A stretch of 64,000 nucleotides of DNA from Octopus sinensis (Eukaryota). Shown in pieces: positions 49,004 to 64,000 of this stretch. Both the position numbers and the translations under genes were made by a program. The DNA lies in the NCBI RefSeq assembly GCF_006345805.1, contig NC_043001.1, positions 90,582,001 to 90,646,000 on the forward strand. Reading direction: 5' to 3'. Numbering within the stretch: position 1 is the stretch's first letter; each line of letters opens with the position of its first letter. The notes beneath the pieces were generated by a model, which ran no database searches, had not been told where the DNA came from, and saw only the letters and a list, made by a program, of their open reading frames with translations.

Positions 49004-49576
49004 TACCAATTTGAAACCAATACATTGCAAGTATTGCTTCATCATTTTCTATTGTTGCATCATCTTTGGCGGTAAAAAACAGGTCAGCATTGTTGTCGAA
49101 GTTGAAAGTTTGGGGTGTAGTCAAGTGGTTGGTACTTTGTTTTTCAAGAGATTTTTCCTCGATTTTAATGGAGGCTGCTAATAACATATCTGAATGATTT
49201 TTGCTGTTTAACAATAAATATTCTTTTCTCTGTTGGAGTCAATTCTTTCCCACACTAATGTTTAATTTGATCATTTTTCAATTTCCAAAACATTTTTCAA
49301 TTTCCAAACAAAGTGGGGAATAATGAGTAATTACTAATTTCAATAATGTTTTTCTCTTCAACTGCATGGTGCGTAAATATATCAGGAAAAAGGAACCCAC
49401 TCCAGCAGATCGTGAAGAAGCTATAAAGAATATTCTAAGTTGACTTCGTTAATTTCTTATCATGTGCAATTTTCCTTCGATCTAAGTATTCTAAATTTCT
49501 GTTGCACTTCTTATCTCTCTGATGTCGAAGGGTGGATATTACTATATGTGAGTCTTTTTGTAAAATATCAATATTT

Positions 49577-50253
49577 AGTTTTTCCTTGGGGCTGGCCAGA
49601 TCGGAGCAATCCTAACGTTAATCAGCCGAAATTGCGAAGATGATCCGGTTCATGACTGAAGATTAGAGGCTTCGAATGACCCGTCCGTGTTTTTTGTATC
49701 GTTTATTTGAATGTTTTGCCTTCTTGTCCCATTTTGTATTTATATATATATTATTGCGGCGTACGTACACCTTATTCTCTTATATGTAAGTACACATTCC
49801 ACTAAACTTTGTACGACTTCAACACTCTCTCTCACATTTCTTTGCTTTTCTTACTTTGTACTTCACTGTCCCTGTCTTTCTCTTTTCTCGCCTCCTTGAT
49901 TCTTCGGTCTCCTCTCTCCCCTCTCTCTCACATTTCTTTGCCTTTCTTACTTTGCACTTCACTATCCCTGTCTTTCTTTTTCTCGCCAATCCTTGGCACT
50001 CTCTCTTTCTTCTCCCCCTCCTTAATTCCTTGTTCCTCTTTTTCTCTCTCTTCTCCCCCTCCTTAATACCTTTGTTCCTCTTTTTCTCTCTCTTCTCCCT
50101 CTCTTTAATTCTTTTGCCCCTTTTTTTCTCTCTCTTCTCTTCGGACCAGCGCCACGATAACATCGACTTCTTCGTCTGCCGTAAGGCATTATTTTTCAAA
50201 TACGCCAGCTGAGTTCAATTCGTCTAAGTCGAAAGACGCCTGTTCTTATGTCA

Positions 50254-50296
<43 letters not shown>

Positions 50297-50599
50297 GTTG
50301 TTGTTGTTGTTTTTTGTATTTATATTCGTATTATTTTTTATTTTTTGTATTTATATTCGTGTAACATCGTCCGTTTTTCTGTCCTTATTTCGTATACATT
50401 CGATCCTTTTTCCAAGAAATCTAATGCTCGTAGATCAGTTTTTCCTTGAGGCTGGCCAGATCGGAGCAATCTCAAGATTAATCAGCCGAAATTGCGAGGA
50501 TGATCCAGTTCTTGACTGAAGATTAGAGGCTTCGAAAGACCCGTCCGTGTTTTGTGTATCGTCTATTTGACTGTTTTGCGTTCTTGTCCCATTTTGTAT

Positions 50600-50607
<8 letters not shown>
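49577..50607. repeat. ~170-bp direct repeats 860 bp apart enclosing CT-rich and (TTA)n tracts
   Basis: AGTTTTTCCTTG.GGCTGGCCAGATCGGAGCAATC...TTCTTGTCCCATTTTGTATTTATATA at 49577-49748 and 50437-50607. Confidence 0.85.
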
Positions 50608-51487
<880 letters not shown>

Positions 51488-51514
51488 TTATTCTGACAAC
51501 GATCTCAACTACTT

Positions 51515-51860
51515 TTTTGCGTCCTTTTAAAGCCTAGCCAGGCTCATGGGCCTGGTTTCCCTGTTTCAATGGCGTATGTGTTCCCCAGTTGGATGGTACG
51601 TCAGTCCATCGCAGAATACGCCCTTTTAAAGCCTAGCCAGGCTCATGGGCCCGGTTTCTCGGTTTCAATGGCGTATGTGTTCCCCAGCTGGACGGGACGC
51701 CAGTCCATCGTTGCGCTACTCATTTTTGCCAGCTGAGTGAACTGGAGCAACGTGAAATGAAGCGTTTTGCTCAAGAACACAACGCGTTGCTCGGTCCAGG
51801 AATCGAAGCCACAATCTTACGATCATGATGCTGACACCCCACTAAGCCATGCGCCTCCAC
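51515..51860 (-). mobile_element. Family 3 SINE with duplicated ~100-bp 3' end
   Basis: Same family as 48466; TSD TCTCAACTACTT at 51503-51514 and 51862-51873; empty site in gene 1 upstream region at 23903-23914. Confidence 0.9.
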
Positions 51861-52674
51861 TTCTCAACTACTTAACATGACAAAAAAAACGACTGTGTTA
51901 ATCATATCTCTCCGGGATTCAGAGAATAGCTGGAGGACAACTTATTTCTGCTTATTTGATAAATAAATGTACTTTGAAAGACCTAGTCGTCATTCCAATT
52001 TTCTATCTAAAACTAATAGCTGTATTTTAAGAGAATGAAAATTAAACAACGTTGCGTTCACAACATTCGGTGGTGGAGGTAATCACTTTTACGGCACCCA
52101 GTATGACTTACCTTGCGATATCGTTCATTATATAAATAAGTTAGATGCTAAAAGCTGATTGGATGCACAGATCCGTGATTAATATTTGTATGCTGGTGTT
52201 CCACTATTCTATGTCGGTTGTAAAAGCTCATAACTCTTTTAGATACAAATAATTTGAAGGAGAGGTATTATTCACTATTGAAAGCGGGTAAACTTAATAA
52301 ATGCACTTTCACCAGTTTGCTGTGGCTACCTTCAAAGCCGCCTATGTACAAAAAAAAATATTCATGTTGGAAAATTAGTGGCTTTAAGTAATGGGAATTG
52401 GTTTCAAGCAGGAATCGAAACCGAACTGGGAATCCTGAATTATGAAATTTTGCGTCTTTATATTTGGTTGTCACTACAAGAGGAAAATTGAGTGTATGTA
52501 AATCACAATCTTGGCTTTGAATCAAATTTACAGATATAAATATTTAAAAAAAAAAAGGAAATGAAAAATTTACGCCAAATCATGTAAAACAGCTGGGCTG
52601 TATAATGTTACAGTTACAGAATAATTGCATAATTGTAAAGCCACATCCATATCGAGATTTTGTGTGGTAGAGGT

Positions 52675-52705
52675 AGCGTTGGTGATAGTGGTGGTGATGG
52701 TGATG

Positions 52706-52795
<90 letters not shown>

Positions 52796-53037
52796 GTGGT
52801 GGTGATGATGATGATGATGATGATGATGGTGGTGCTGGTGCTGGTGCTGGTGATGGTGATGGTGCTAGTGGTGGTGCTGGTGGCGCTGGTGGCGGCGGCG
52901 GTGGTGGTGGTGCTGGTGCTGGTGCTGGTGCTGGTGGTGCTGGTGCTGGTGGTGCTGGTGAAGGTTCTGGTGCTGGTGGTGGTGCTGATGATGGTGATGA
53001 TGGTGGTGATGGTGATGATGATGATGATGATGATGAC

Positions 53038-53068
<31 letters not shown>

Positions 53069-53195
53069 GTGGTGATGGTGGTGGTGATGGTGGTGCTGCT
53101 GGTGGTGCTGCTGGGGAAAGAGATGACAGTAGTGATTGTGCTGCAAGTACTGGTAGTACTGGTGCTGGTGATGGAGTTAGTGGTGGTGACGTTGG
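52675..53195. repeat. Compound (GAT/GGT/GCT)n trinucleotide tract upstream of Hc gene 2
   Basis: Direct reading; source of poly-D/G, poly-M/V, poly-H/Q ORFs. Confidence 0.95.
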
Positions 53196-53480
53196 TCATC
53201 TATTACACTGGAAATTAAACGTCATTGCGAGGCGCTGATGATTTTGCTGGAAGGAAAGGGAACAATGGTTTACTACCACTGATTTAAGGTTACAATTAGG
53301 ATATTAGTAAGGGACAGAGTTTAAAGTACTATATGATAGCAATCTATCCTTTTTTTGCGAAAGATACCTTGATATGTCATTTTGGCTCTGTAGATAACAT
53401 GATATGTCATAATTATGATGTATTGTCTAAAAGAGATAAACGTGTCCACTTTTTTGCTAACAAAGTATTACTGAAATTGT

Positions 53481-53514
53481 TATAAAAGGGGAATATCTCA
53501 GAGGTTTCATCAGT
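53481..53514 (+). promoter_or_regulatory. Core promoter of Hc gene 2: TATAAAA and TCAGT initiator
   Basis: TATAAAA 53481-53487, TCAGT 53510-53514; homologous to gene 1. Confidence 0.85.
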
Positions 53515-53555
53515 GTTGCCTTCAACCGAAGACTGAACACTGACTTGAAGAAGTC

Positions 53556-56500
53556 ATGATGAAGATTCCTTGTCTCTTTGCGATCGTCTTCGCCGTAAGT
53601 TGAGCAGATTTCTTTACTTTTTTATGCACGAATCGAAATCAACTTTTCTATTTTATTATTTTGTCCAATGAGGGAAATGGGACGGCTGAATCATTAGAAC
53701 GCAGGAAAATGCCTTGTGGCCTTTTTTGGGCCTTAACGTACTGGATTGAAATCTTTCCCAGGTTAACTTTGTCTTTCATCCTTTCGGGTGTCGAAAGTAC
53801 CAGGCTATTAATGCGGTCGATGGCATTAACTAAGCCCTTACACTCAAACAGCTGACCTGGTGCCTAAATCATAAACTGTTATCTTTGCACATTGCCGGAG
53901 AGTATATTGACAGAGTCATAAGAGCGTCGGATAATACGCTTTGTGATATTTGTCCCCGTTCTACATATTTTGAGTTCAAATCCTGCCGAGATCAACTTTG
54001 TCCACGCTCTTTATATTCTGAGTACAAGTTCCGTCGAGGTCAACTTTGCTTTCATTCTTTCGGTGTCTAAAATAAGTAACAGTTAAACACTGGGGTCGAT
54101 GTAAGTGACTTACCCTCTCTCCTAAAACTTCTGGTCTTATCTAAAAATATGAAACCATTAAATGCAGATAGCTGGTAGAATTGTTAGCGCTTTGGGTAAG
54201 ATTCTAGGCGCTGATTCTTATGGCTCTATAATTTCTGACATCAAATTGCATCGAAGTCCACTTTCATTATTTCAAGGTCGATAACGTACAGTTAAATACT
54301 ATCGTCGATATAATTGACCTGCATTTCCCTCAAAATTGCTGACCTCATCCCAAAATTAAAAAAACATTATTTCATACACTGAGGCCAGCGAGCCGATAGA
54401 ATAGCTAAGAGCGTCGAAATATGCCTTCGGGTATCTACGATATGAATTGAAACGATATGAGTTAACTGAGGTTAACTTTGACTTTCATCCTTACGGGGTC
54501 GATGAACAAAATTACCAGCCAAGTACTAGGATCGATTGTATGAGTTAATGCTTGCCGCTCATAACTGATAGCCTTGTGCTTACATCAGAAATGATTACTT
54601 TTGAACGTCACAGGGTAGCAGGTTGAGGGAACCAATACAGCGTCGCAAAATATATAGTGGGGTACTAATCACCGCTCTATATATTCGGAGTTCAAGTTGC
54701 GCCGAGATAAATGTAGCATTTCATCTCCTGGGGTCGATAACATGAAGTATCAACCAAGAACTGGGAATGATGGTACAAACGAAACCCTTCCCTCAAAATT
54801 CTGGTGTAGTTCCTTCATTAGAAACCATTATTTTCCATGTCAAAAATCTTTTAAATGGTAAATGCAAGAAATAAAGAATTTCTATTGCTTTGTCTTCTCA
54901 ATTCATAATTAATACAGTTTTTAAATGTCTTATATCTAGATATAATCGGAAACATTTCTTTTTTTTTTCCTGCTTCTTTTAGTTCTGGCTTTGCGGATAC
55001 ATCGCAGAAGGTATTAAATATTTCCTTTTTATATATTATAATTGCCATATTGTCATTTGATAGGGAAGCAATCAGAAGAGGGATCAGTTAGTTTGGCTAA
55101 GTATCGACATGTAAATTTCTCAAAATATACTACATAAAGAGGTGTTTTGGTCAGTGTGTGTCTTGTTAGAATCTACTAAATCTGAAACTGTTACTGCTGT
55201 TATAATAAAAAAAAGGAATCACTATTCACTCCGCTAAGCTGATTTTAGCATAGATGTTACACTTTATTGCTCACATTTTGTAATCACAAATATAACATCG
55301 AAGTTCTGTTACAAATCTGTATCGCATTGAAAACAGTAACGAGCTGCATATACAGTTAAATAAGGTCGATGGGACCTGGAAAAAATGCGTCGACCAAAGA
55401 TTATTTGTTCACTGGGTTGTAATTTATACCACAGAATATCATTCGAGACACAATTAGTAATGAAGAGAAATCTCTATTGATATGTACTCTACAGACAGTA
55501 CTAAATATTTGAAGTTGCCCCAAACTTCTTACGGTCTCGATCTAAATAGATGTATACATTACAGTGAATTGTTTTAATGGAGCACAAAGCAGTTATTGCT
55601 CTAATCTTGCTTTGGAAATGATATTAAGATATTTTACAAACAAAAGAAGTACATATATTTTAAACCACGGTGCGAATCTAATGAATTAAGCGTTTAAAAA
55701 AACAAAGTAGTAGGAGATATCTATTGTTGTTCGGGATAATTTTATTTTAGTTCGAATGTGTCTTTGTAGCACAAAAATATACAAACTTTGACTGACTTTG
55801 AAAATTAAGATAAATTGGCCTCAATGTAAGATTTGTAGATGAAACCGAAAGTAAAATATTTTGTCCGTATATATTTACACACGTAAACTCATTTCTGCAC
55901 TTAACAAATGGCATCATTGAAATCTCATTCGAATTATCTGCCATCAGGATCCTGCAGAGTTTAAGGTTATGCTGATAACGTTCACTAAGTACTTTATAAC
56001 TATGTTTATGGAAGCAGAGACAACGGTTCTAAATATACCCTAAATTGAGTGAATAATAAATTACAGTGATTATAAAATTCCTTTCTTATATTGCTAAAAG
56101 AACAAAAAAAGTGAAAAAACAGGAGGGTTCAGATATGTAACTAGATACTTCATTGTATTAGATGTGGCAGTCTACACCTTCAGCCACTTCAACAATATTT
56201 AAATAAAAGATAATACTAATTATATTTTTTATTTCTAACCATTTCAGGTAATTTAATCCGTAAGAGTGTGGAAACACTAACAGAAGATGAAGTTCTCAAC
56301 CTACAGGTAGCTCTCCGTGCCATGCAGGATGATGCATCTCCAACTGGTTACCAGGCTATCGCAGCCTACCATGGTGAGCCAGCTGACTGTAAGGCACCAG
56401 ATGGAAGTACTGTGGTCTGTTGCTTGCATGGTATGCCAACGTTCCCTCTTTGGCATAGATTGTACCTTGTACAGTTTGAGCAAGCAATGGCAACTCATGG

Positions 56501-59500
56501 TTCCACACTTGGTGTTCCTTACTGGGATTGGACTCAACCAGTGGATCATCTTCCTGAGCTCGTTAGCCATCCTCTTTTTATGGATCCCTCTTCTCACAAG
56601 GCTAAAAAGAACGTCTTCTACTCAGGCGATATCGCATTTGAGCAGAAGGTCACTGCTAGAGCCGTTGATACAAGATTGTTCCAATCTTCAAAGGGAGGAA
56701 AGAACTTCTTATTAGATGGTATTCTCTTAGCTTTAGAGCAAGAAGACTATTGCCATTTCGAAGTTCAGTTTGAAGTTGCTCATAATCCAATCCACTATCT
56801 CGTTGGTGGTCGCTTTGCTCATTCAATGTCTAGTTTGGAGTATACTTCATACGATCCACTCTTCTTCTTGCATCATTCGAACGTTGAACGTCTGTTTGTT
56901 ATTTGGCAAGCTCTGCAGAAGCATAGAGGTCTTGACGGTAGTGCCAACTGTGGCTTGAACATGTTCCATAACCCAATGGAACCGTTTGGTCGTGACACCA
57001 ATCCTATTAGTCTTACTAAAGACCACGCCAAGGCTGTTGATTTGTTTGACTACAACGAACTAGGATATGATTATGATGATCTTCACCTCAATGGAATGGA
57101 CATTCCACAGCTAGATACGCTTTTGAAAGAACACCAACAGCACCCGAGAGCATTTGCTAATTTCAGATTAGGAGGTATCAAGACCTCTGCCAACGTTCGA
57201 GTCGCAGTTTGTGTTCCAACCGATGACAAAAGACACAGCGATAACTGCAACAATCATGTCGGTTCTTTCTTTATTCTTGGTGGTGTACACGAGATGACCT
57301 GGAACTTCGGTTATCCCTTCCTCTTTGAGATTACAGATGTTGTCAAATCTCTCGGTGTTCCTTTGGATGGCAACTATTACATTCATGCTGATGTTACTGC
57401 AATTAATGGCACTCTCTTACCCGATGGCACAATCCCAAGACCGACTGTCACATATATTCCAGCTCATGACTTTAAAGATGGTAAGTAGAAATCATTTATA
57501 TATTTAGAGAATTTTGAGAATTCTGTTTATATTGCCGTATAAACTGAATCTCCAATTACGTTCTAAACATAAAACTGAGTCACCAAATACCCATTGGGTT
57601 CAACGTCACACCTTAAAATATTTCCAAACGGGAGAATCTTTTCGCATAATACGAGATCGCATCATAGATGCAGAATAATTAAAGTAGGATCGTCAGAATA
57701 ACAACATCCTTTAGAATCACTTGCTTAAATTTCATATTTATTTCATTTACTCCTTTTCAACAAATATTCCTTTTTTTAAAAACCTGTCCAGTTTTTTACC
57801 AAATTTTGAAGTTTATCTTCCTCTGTTTTTAACAATAATTCTGTATTATAAAACATGTAAATTTCTCGATTTAATATAAGAAGAATACGTTGTAATGGAC
57901 TTACATGAAGTGAACCTGTGAAACACCAATTATAGTATGAAAGTAATAGATATGATAATTTCTCCAACATATGTTTTTAAATTTTCTTGACAACTTAAAA
58001 CCATTATAAGATGTATGTTTAATATATATAATGTTTTTCCTTAGTGTCTCATTATATTGTCGTATATGTCTTAAATCATTATCAAGAGAGGTCACTTAAA
58101 GTGATGTAATTTCATAAACTAAACGGCCAAAGTATTAAAACCATATCCTATAAAGTTGTACTTTTTCATAATGAACATATTGTTTTTGTATTCTTCAAAA
58201 GTTATCACTTTGACTTTTTATAGCTGATATGGCACCAGTAGATAGAACTGGTTTAACCGTCCGTAAAGATCTTCGTAGTTTGACTATAGAGGAAGAGCAT
58301 GAACTGAGAATTGCCATGGAACGTTTCATGGATGATAAATCCATTGACGGTTACCAAGCCTTAGCTGAATTCCATGGTCTTCCAGCAAAATGTCCAGAAC
58401 CTGATGCTATCAACCGTGTTGCATGCTGTGTTCATGGAATGTCCACTTTCCCACACTGGCACAGACTTGTTGTCATACAGTTTGAAGATGCTCTTATTGC
58501 CCGTGGATCCCAGATAGGTGTTCCTTATTGGGACTGGACGAAACCTAGCTCAGAATTGCCACCTCTGGTTGCTGCTGAAACATATGAAGATCCTTACACA
58601 AAAGAAGTAAAACCAAATCCTTTCTTCCATGCACCAGTCGAGTTTTTGCACAATGATGTCTTTACTAAAAGAAGCGTTGATGCAAGGTTTGTAAATTTCA
58701 TAATATTTTAGATATTGTATCCTGAAATAGCTTCATTCAAACATTTAACAATAAACCTTATTTTTCATCCTCTTCCAAAACCTAGTTTAATTAATAATTG
58801 GTAATACAGCGTTTCTTCATCAATCACACAGAAATCTTTACGATATCTATAACTACAAAGGTAACAGCTAGGGCCACATGACGCTTTCAAGTTAGTAGAT
58901 GTCTTCGGATAAAACATTGGAAATTTGTTATTGTTAAGTGTACAAATGTTAGGTTTGAATTTTTAATTTAATTTCTTCATCAATCACAAAGAAACCTTTA
59001 CAGTATCTATAATTACAAAGAATCACATATTTTCAAGTTTCTAGATGTCTTGCGATAAAACATTACAATTTTTCCAGTAATATAAAACTCAAATATATGT
59101 TACTGAAACTACTTCCCCAAAACTTTTGTGGTATCCTTCAAACACTCTAATATATACTTTTCACCCGGGACAGTATCTTTATTACTACTAAATGTATAAA
59201 TGTTAGATCTGAATTTTAAATTTAATAGAAAACTTTAATGTTCCTATCTGTTTACGTCTCAATTCCTCACATTTAATAAATACCGTTGAGAAACGCGCAA
59301 AAGATGGCGCTAATTCCTTCTAAATACATGTTAAACTACTTACTGGTCAGAAATATAAAGCCCTATATATGTTGTATGAGTTGTATTTTAGTTATTATTC
59401 GTATATGAATCTGTATAGATTTCATTACTTTCATATTTATGATCTGTTTTCATTCTAATTGATTAGATTGTTTGAGAAACCAACAAAAGGACATCACGGA

Positions 59501-62208
59501 TATCTCTATGACGGTATGATGTTAGCCTTCGAAGAAGAAGATTTCTGTGATTTCGAAGTGCAGTTCGAAGTTACCCATAATGCAATTCATGCTTGGGTTG
59601 GTGGCAATGAACCTTATTCTATGTCGTCTTTGCATTACACGTCATTTGATCCCCTCTTCTGGCTACATCACTCACAAGTTGATAGATTGTGGGCAGTATG
59701 GCAAGCATTGCAGATCCATCGTGGAAAACCCTACAAACCATACTGCGCTCTTTCAGAGGTCCATCGTCCTTTGAAACCATTTGCCTTTGAACCACCACTG
59801 AATAACAACAAACATACATATCGTCACGCAGTACCAACAGAGGTTTATGATTATCAGTCAGACCTTCATTACACTTATGATACGCTCTTCTTCGGAGGAA
59901 TGTCCGTTAGAGAGCTTCAGAGACATATCGAAGAAGACAAGGCTAAAGATCGTGTGTTCGTTGGCTTCCTTTTGATGGGTATCAAAACATCAGCAAATGT
60001 TGACATCACTGTCGATAGTGCAGGTAACACATACAATGCTGGATCAATAACAATCCTTGGAGGCAGCAAAGAGATGGAATGGAGATTTGATCGACTTTAC
60101 AAGTATGAAATTACTGGAGCACTAGCTGAACTTGGTGTAGATATGCGCGCTGATTATAGCATAACCTTACAAATTACCGATATCAATGGAACAGCTCTTC
60201 CATCCACCGCAATTCCAGATCCAATTGTGATATTCACTCCAGGAAAAAGTAAGTGCTCTGAAATGTCTTCTCATTCTTGATTTATTCATAAAAATATATT
60301 CTAAATATCAAACTAGATATAAACTGTATTCACCACACTCACTCGTTTTTATTATAATTTGATTTTGTTAATAACATTCTCATTGAAGTTAATTTTAATT
60401 TCATAAACATAACAGGTTCAAGAATCTCATGACGATTTTGTTTTGGATTTTTTTCAGAGGAATCAGACGTTGTCTTTGACGAATTATATCGTTCCAGACG
60501 AGACGTTTCTTCATTGACCCATGCAGATATGAATACACTGAGGAAGGCTTTACAAGCTTACGAAGACGATAAAAGTCCCAATGGATATCAGCAAGTAGCT
60601 GCTTTCCACGGTTCCACACAATGGTGTCCTAGCCCTGATGCTGCAGTCAAATATGCTTGCTGTCACCACGGAATGGCAACATTCCCTCATTGGCATAGAT
60701 TGCTGACAATCAACTTTGAAAACGGTCTGCGAAGAAATGGTTATCAAAATGGTATTCCTTACTGGGATTGGACTCGCCCGATTTCGGAACTGCCTGCTCT
60801 GGTAAAAGAAGAAACATATCTTGATGAAAATGGGGAAGCTCACCCGAATCCATTCTTTAGTGGCGTTATTGATGAAGCTGGTGCTCAAACCACCCGAGCT
60901 CTTAATCCAGAGCTATTTGTTCAACCTCCTTTCGGAGAATTCACTCCCTTGGCAAATGAAGTTATGTACGCTTTAGAACAAGAAGACTTTTGTTCGTTCG
61001 AAGTACAATTCGAAATTGCTCATAATCACATCCATGCACTTGTTGGAGGTGGAGAACAGTATTCTATGTCATCACTTGAATACACAGCCTACGATCCTCT
61101 TTTCATACTTCACCATTCAAATGTTGATAGAGTTTGGGCCATTTGGCAAGCTCTGCAAAAGTTCCGAGGACATCGATACAACAGTGCTAACTGTGCTATT
61201 GAAACTCTACGTAAACCAATGTCTCCTTTTAGTCTCACCAGTGACATCAATGTTGATTCAATGACTCGAGAACATTCAGTTCCTTTTGATGTGTTTGATT
61301 ACAAGAAGAATTTCCATTACGAATATGATGTTCTTGAATTGAATGGATTATCTATTCCAAAGTTACACAGAGAAATTAACAGACGTCGTATGAAGGGTCG
61401 CGTTTTCGCTACTTTCATGCTCGAAGGTATTAAACAGTCTGCATTAGTTGAATACTATATCAGGGCTCATGGTGCTACTGATCAGGTGAAAGCTGGAGAA
61501 TTTTATGTTCTGGGTAGTGCTAACGAAATGCCTTGGAAATTTGACCGAGTTTACAAAGCTGATATCACGAAGCAGATGAAGGAAGCACATCTACATTATA
61601 ACGACCAATATCACATCGAATATCACGTGAAAGACTTGGCTGGAGCTGAAATAGCCGATGTTAATCTTGAACCTGCAATTGTCTACGAACCAGGTCTTGG
61701 TAAGTAACCATTATTACGTAAGTGCGACAAATGCTACAATAGAAACAAGAACCGATATTCTTTGGAGACTGACTTTTTGGCTTCATACTATAAGCTAAAT
61801 TTCAAACGATATTTATTTTAACTTCACAAAATCGTTAAAAATATGTAAAAAAAATGTAACTGTAAAATTTTAAAATGTAATTATATAAGTTTTTATTTTC
61901 TCGAACGTTTATGTTTTATCAATAGCTAGCTGACCCTGCGCCGTCAAAAGTGACGGATAATTGTAGTATTTTATATATAAAATTTGATAGCAAATCAAAT
62001 TAATACACTTGTCAATGTTATTTAGTGGTTCTCTTTTGAGATGTGACATCAATCATTGCTTGTTACTGAAAGAACTCTGGTTCACACATAAAAACATTCA
62101 CATATTTCCCTTGCTCATACACACACATACACACATATACTCACACAGGGTTGAAATGCTGTGAGATTTTTCTTTTCATCGTTGAATGTTCATCCTCCCA
62201 CTTCCATT

Positions 62209-62243
<35 letters not shown>

Positions 62244-63743
62244 CACACACATACACACACAATAATTCACATACCTCCCTTTTGCATACACATGGACATT
62301 CTCACGTTGAAACGCCCCCACTATCTGTCTGCCACCAGTCCGTCCTTCCTTCTTTTCTCATTCATATGTTGTGACGGAGAAAAACGCCAGAGTATTATTA
62401 TAGTAAATTCTTTGTGTTAAGAAAATATTAATGTAAAATATGAAATACAACATTTAACTATTTCAATTAATCAATATTCAAAATTTTTTCTACAGGTGAT
62501 TTCGGCGAGGTGGGTGTATGGGTTGAACCTGTAACCAGTGCAAACCGAATTAGAAAGAATCTCAACAGTCTTACTACCGGCCATATCGAATCACTGAGAA
62601 ATGCTTTCAAAGATATGACAACTGATGGTAGATACGAAGAAATTGCCGCATTCCACGGATTGCCGGCTCAGTGTCCTAACAAAGATGGTAGTAAAGTATA
62701 TACATGTTGTATTCATGGTATGCCAACTTTTCCACACTGGCATAGATTATATGTTGCTCTAGTAGAGAACGAATTATTAGCCAGAGGTTCCGGTGTAGCT
62801 GTACCTTATTGGGATTGGATACAACCATTTGATCAACTTCCAGCTTTGGTCAATGAAGCCACTTACTACAATTCAAGAACGCTTCACATCGAACCAAATC
62901 CATTCTTTAAAGGAAAGATTTCTTTCTTAAATTCAGAAACCAAGCGAGATCCACAGCCTAAATTATTTGGTAACAAATACCTTTACGAACACACACTTTT
63001 CGTCTTGGAACAGACTGACTTCTGTGAGTTTGAAGTCCAGTTTGAAGTACTTCACAATACTATCCACTCGTGGCTCGGTGGCCGTGATCCTCACTCTATG
63101 TCGTCGCTGGATTTTACAGCTTATGATCCAATCTTCTTCCTTCATCATAGTAATATTGATAGGATATGGGCAATTTGGCAAGAATTACAACGTTACCGAA
63201 AGCTACCTTACAATGAAGCTAATTGCGCATTGCCTCTGCTTAATGTACCTATGCGACCATTCAGTAATACTACTGCAAATCATGATCGGATTACACTCAC
63301 TCATAGCACTCCAAATGATGTCTTTGACTATCAAAATGTTTTACACTACAAATATGACACTTTGTCCTTCTTTGATCTCACTATTACCCAGTTGGAACAT
63401 CTTATTGAAGAGAGAAAGGCTCATGACAGGATTTTTGCTGGATTCTTACTTCATGGTGTCAAAGCTTCGGCTGACGTACACATATACATTTGTGTACCTA
63501 CTTCTAAGCATGAAGAAAACTGTGCTCACGAAGCTGGTGTCTTCTCTGTCTTGGGAGGAGAGTCCGAAATGCCATGGCAATTTGACCGTTCCTTCCGATA
63601 TGAAATAACAGATCAGCTGAAGTTGTTAGGTCTCAACCAAAACAGCCATTTCCGTATTAAAACTGAAGTCATAGCTGTCAATGGATCATCAATCCATGCT
63701 AACATTTTCCCAAATCCAACTATTATTTATGTTCCAAAACAAG
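53556..63743 (+). CDS. Hc: Hemocyanin subunit, gene 2 (partial; join 53556-53594,54983-55010,56248-57480,58224-58686,59467-60248,60458-61699,62496-63743; continues beyond window)
   Basis: Signal peptide MMKIPCLFAIVFA/FWLCGYIAEG then FU-a to FU-d; exons 3-7 same lengths as gene 1 (1233, 463, 782, 1242, 1248 nt); intact GT-AG sites, no stops. Confidence 0.96.
53667..54830 (+). mobile_element. Stack of ~5 old family 1 SINEs in Hc gene 2 intron 1
   Basis: Repeated GAAT..TTAG, GAGGTCAACTTTG..TTTCAT, GGGGTCGAT motifs; last copy ends TAGAAACCATTATTTTCCATGT as in gene 1 (26131-26151). Confidence 0.75.
61926..62405 (-). mobile_element. Non-autonomous Helitron/Helentron-like element in Hc gene 2 intron 6
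   Basis: Terminal CTAG preceded by hairpin CCGTCA-AAAG-TGACGG (61941-61956); internal (CA)n; absent at homologous site in gene 1 (~32596); no TSD. Confidence 0.7.
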
Positions 63744-64000
63744 GTAAGAGATATATTGTTTTTTCTATTTTTATTCCATTTCCATTTTTATTCCAATCTC
63801 AAGCACAGAATGCGACGGCCTATTGTTCTGATGGCATTTGCAGCTGTTTGAGTCAACAGAAAATTCATTATTCACCCAGTAACCTAGCATAGTTTTTCAT
63901 GACTAAGATCATTACGAGCTAACGAGGCACTTCTCAGTTTTTCCCCCCTTTGATCTCTCCTTAGAGTTATGTATTATATGGCAGTTAGGCAGTTATTACT

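Noticed and set aside
49654-50550. CTGAAGA...GAAA motifs in the 860-bp direct repeats as possible hammerheads
   Set aside because: No G10.1-C11.1 stem II and no valid stem III/NUH register; first copy has GAAT
52570-53238. ~200-aa poly-D/G, poly-M/V, poly-T/I and poly-H ORFs that resemble biomineral or metal-binding proteins
   Set aside because: Open in several frames only because the trinucleotide tract lacks stops; no splice or promoter context; absent from the paralogous region
53556-64000. Gene 2 as an uncollapsed allelic haplotype of gene 1
   Set aside because: Introns 1-4 and 6, the micro-exon and upstream regions are far too divergent for alleles; it is a true paralogue

Overview
AT-rich eukaryotic (octopod cephalopod-like) genomic DNA containing a tandem pair of molluscan hemocyanin genes on the + strand. 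Gene 1 is complete (24917-40401, 12 coding exons; my exon sum is 8754 nt = 2917 aa + stop: 22-aa signal peptide plus seven functional units FU-a to FU-g). Gene 2 starts at 53556 and runs off the window after FU-d. The paralogues show a mosaic of near-identical tracts (including one whole identical intron) and diverged introns, consistent with gene conversion. The rest is dense with TEs: several tRNA-derived SINE families, RTE, CR1-like and Tx1-like LINEs, a Tc1/mariner (DD41D-like) element, MITEs, Helitron-like elements and microsatellites. Most notable: (1) two Tx1-like retroelements stacked at exactly the same ~14-nt site inside a SINE head; (2) a SINE whose 3' tail matches that Tx1-like LINE; (3) an intact-looking type I hammerhead ribozyme in a Penelope-like repeat ~2.2 kb upstream of gene 2. 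All comparisons were made by eye; no database search was run.
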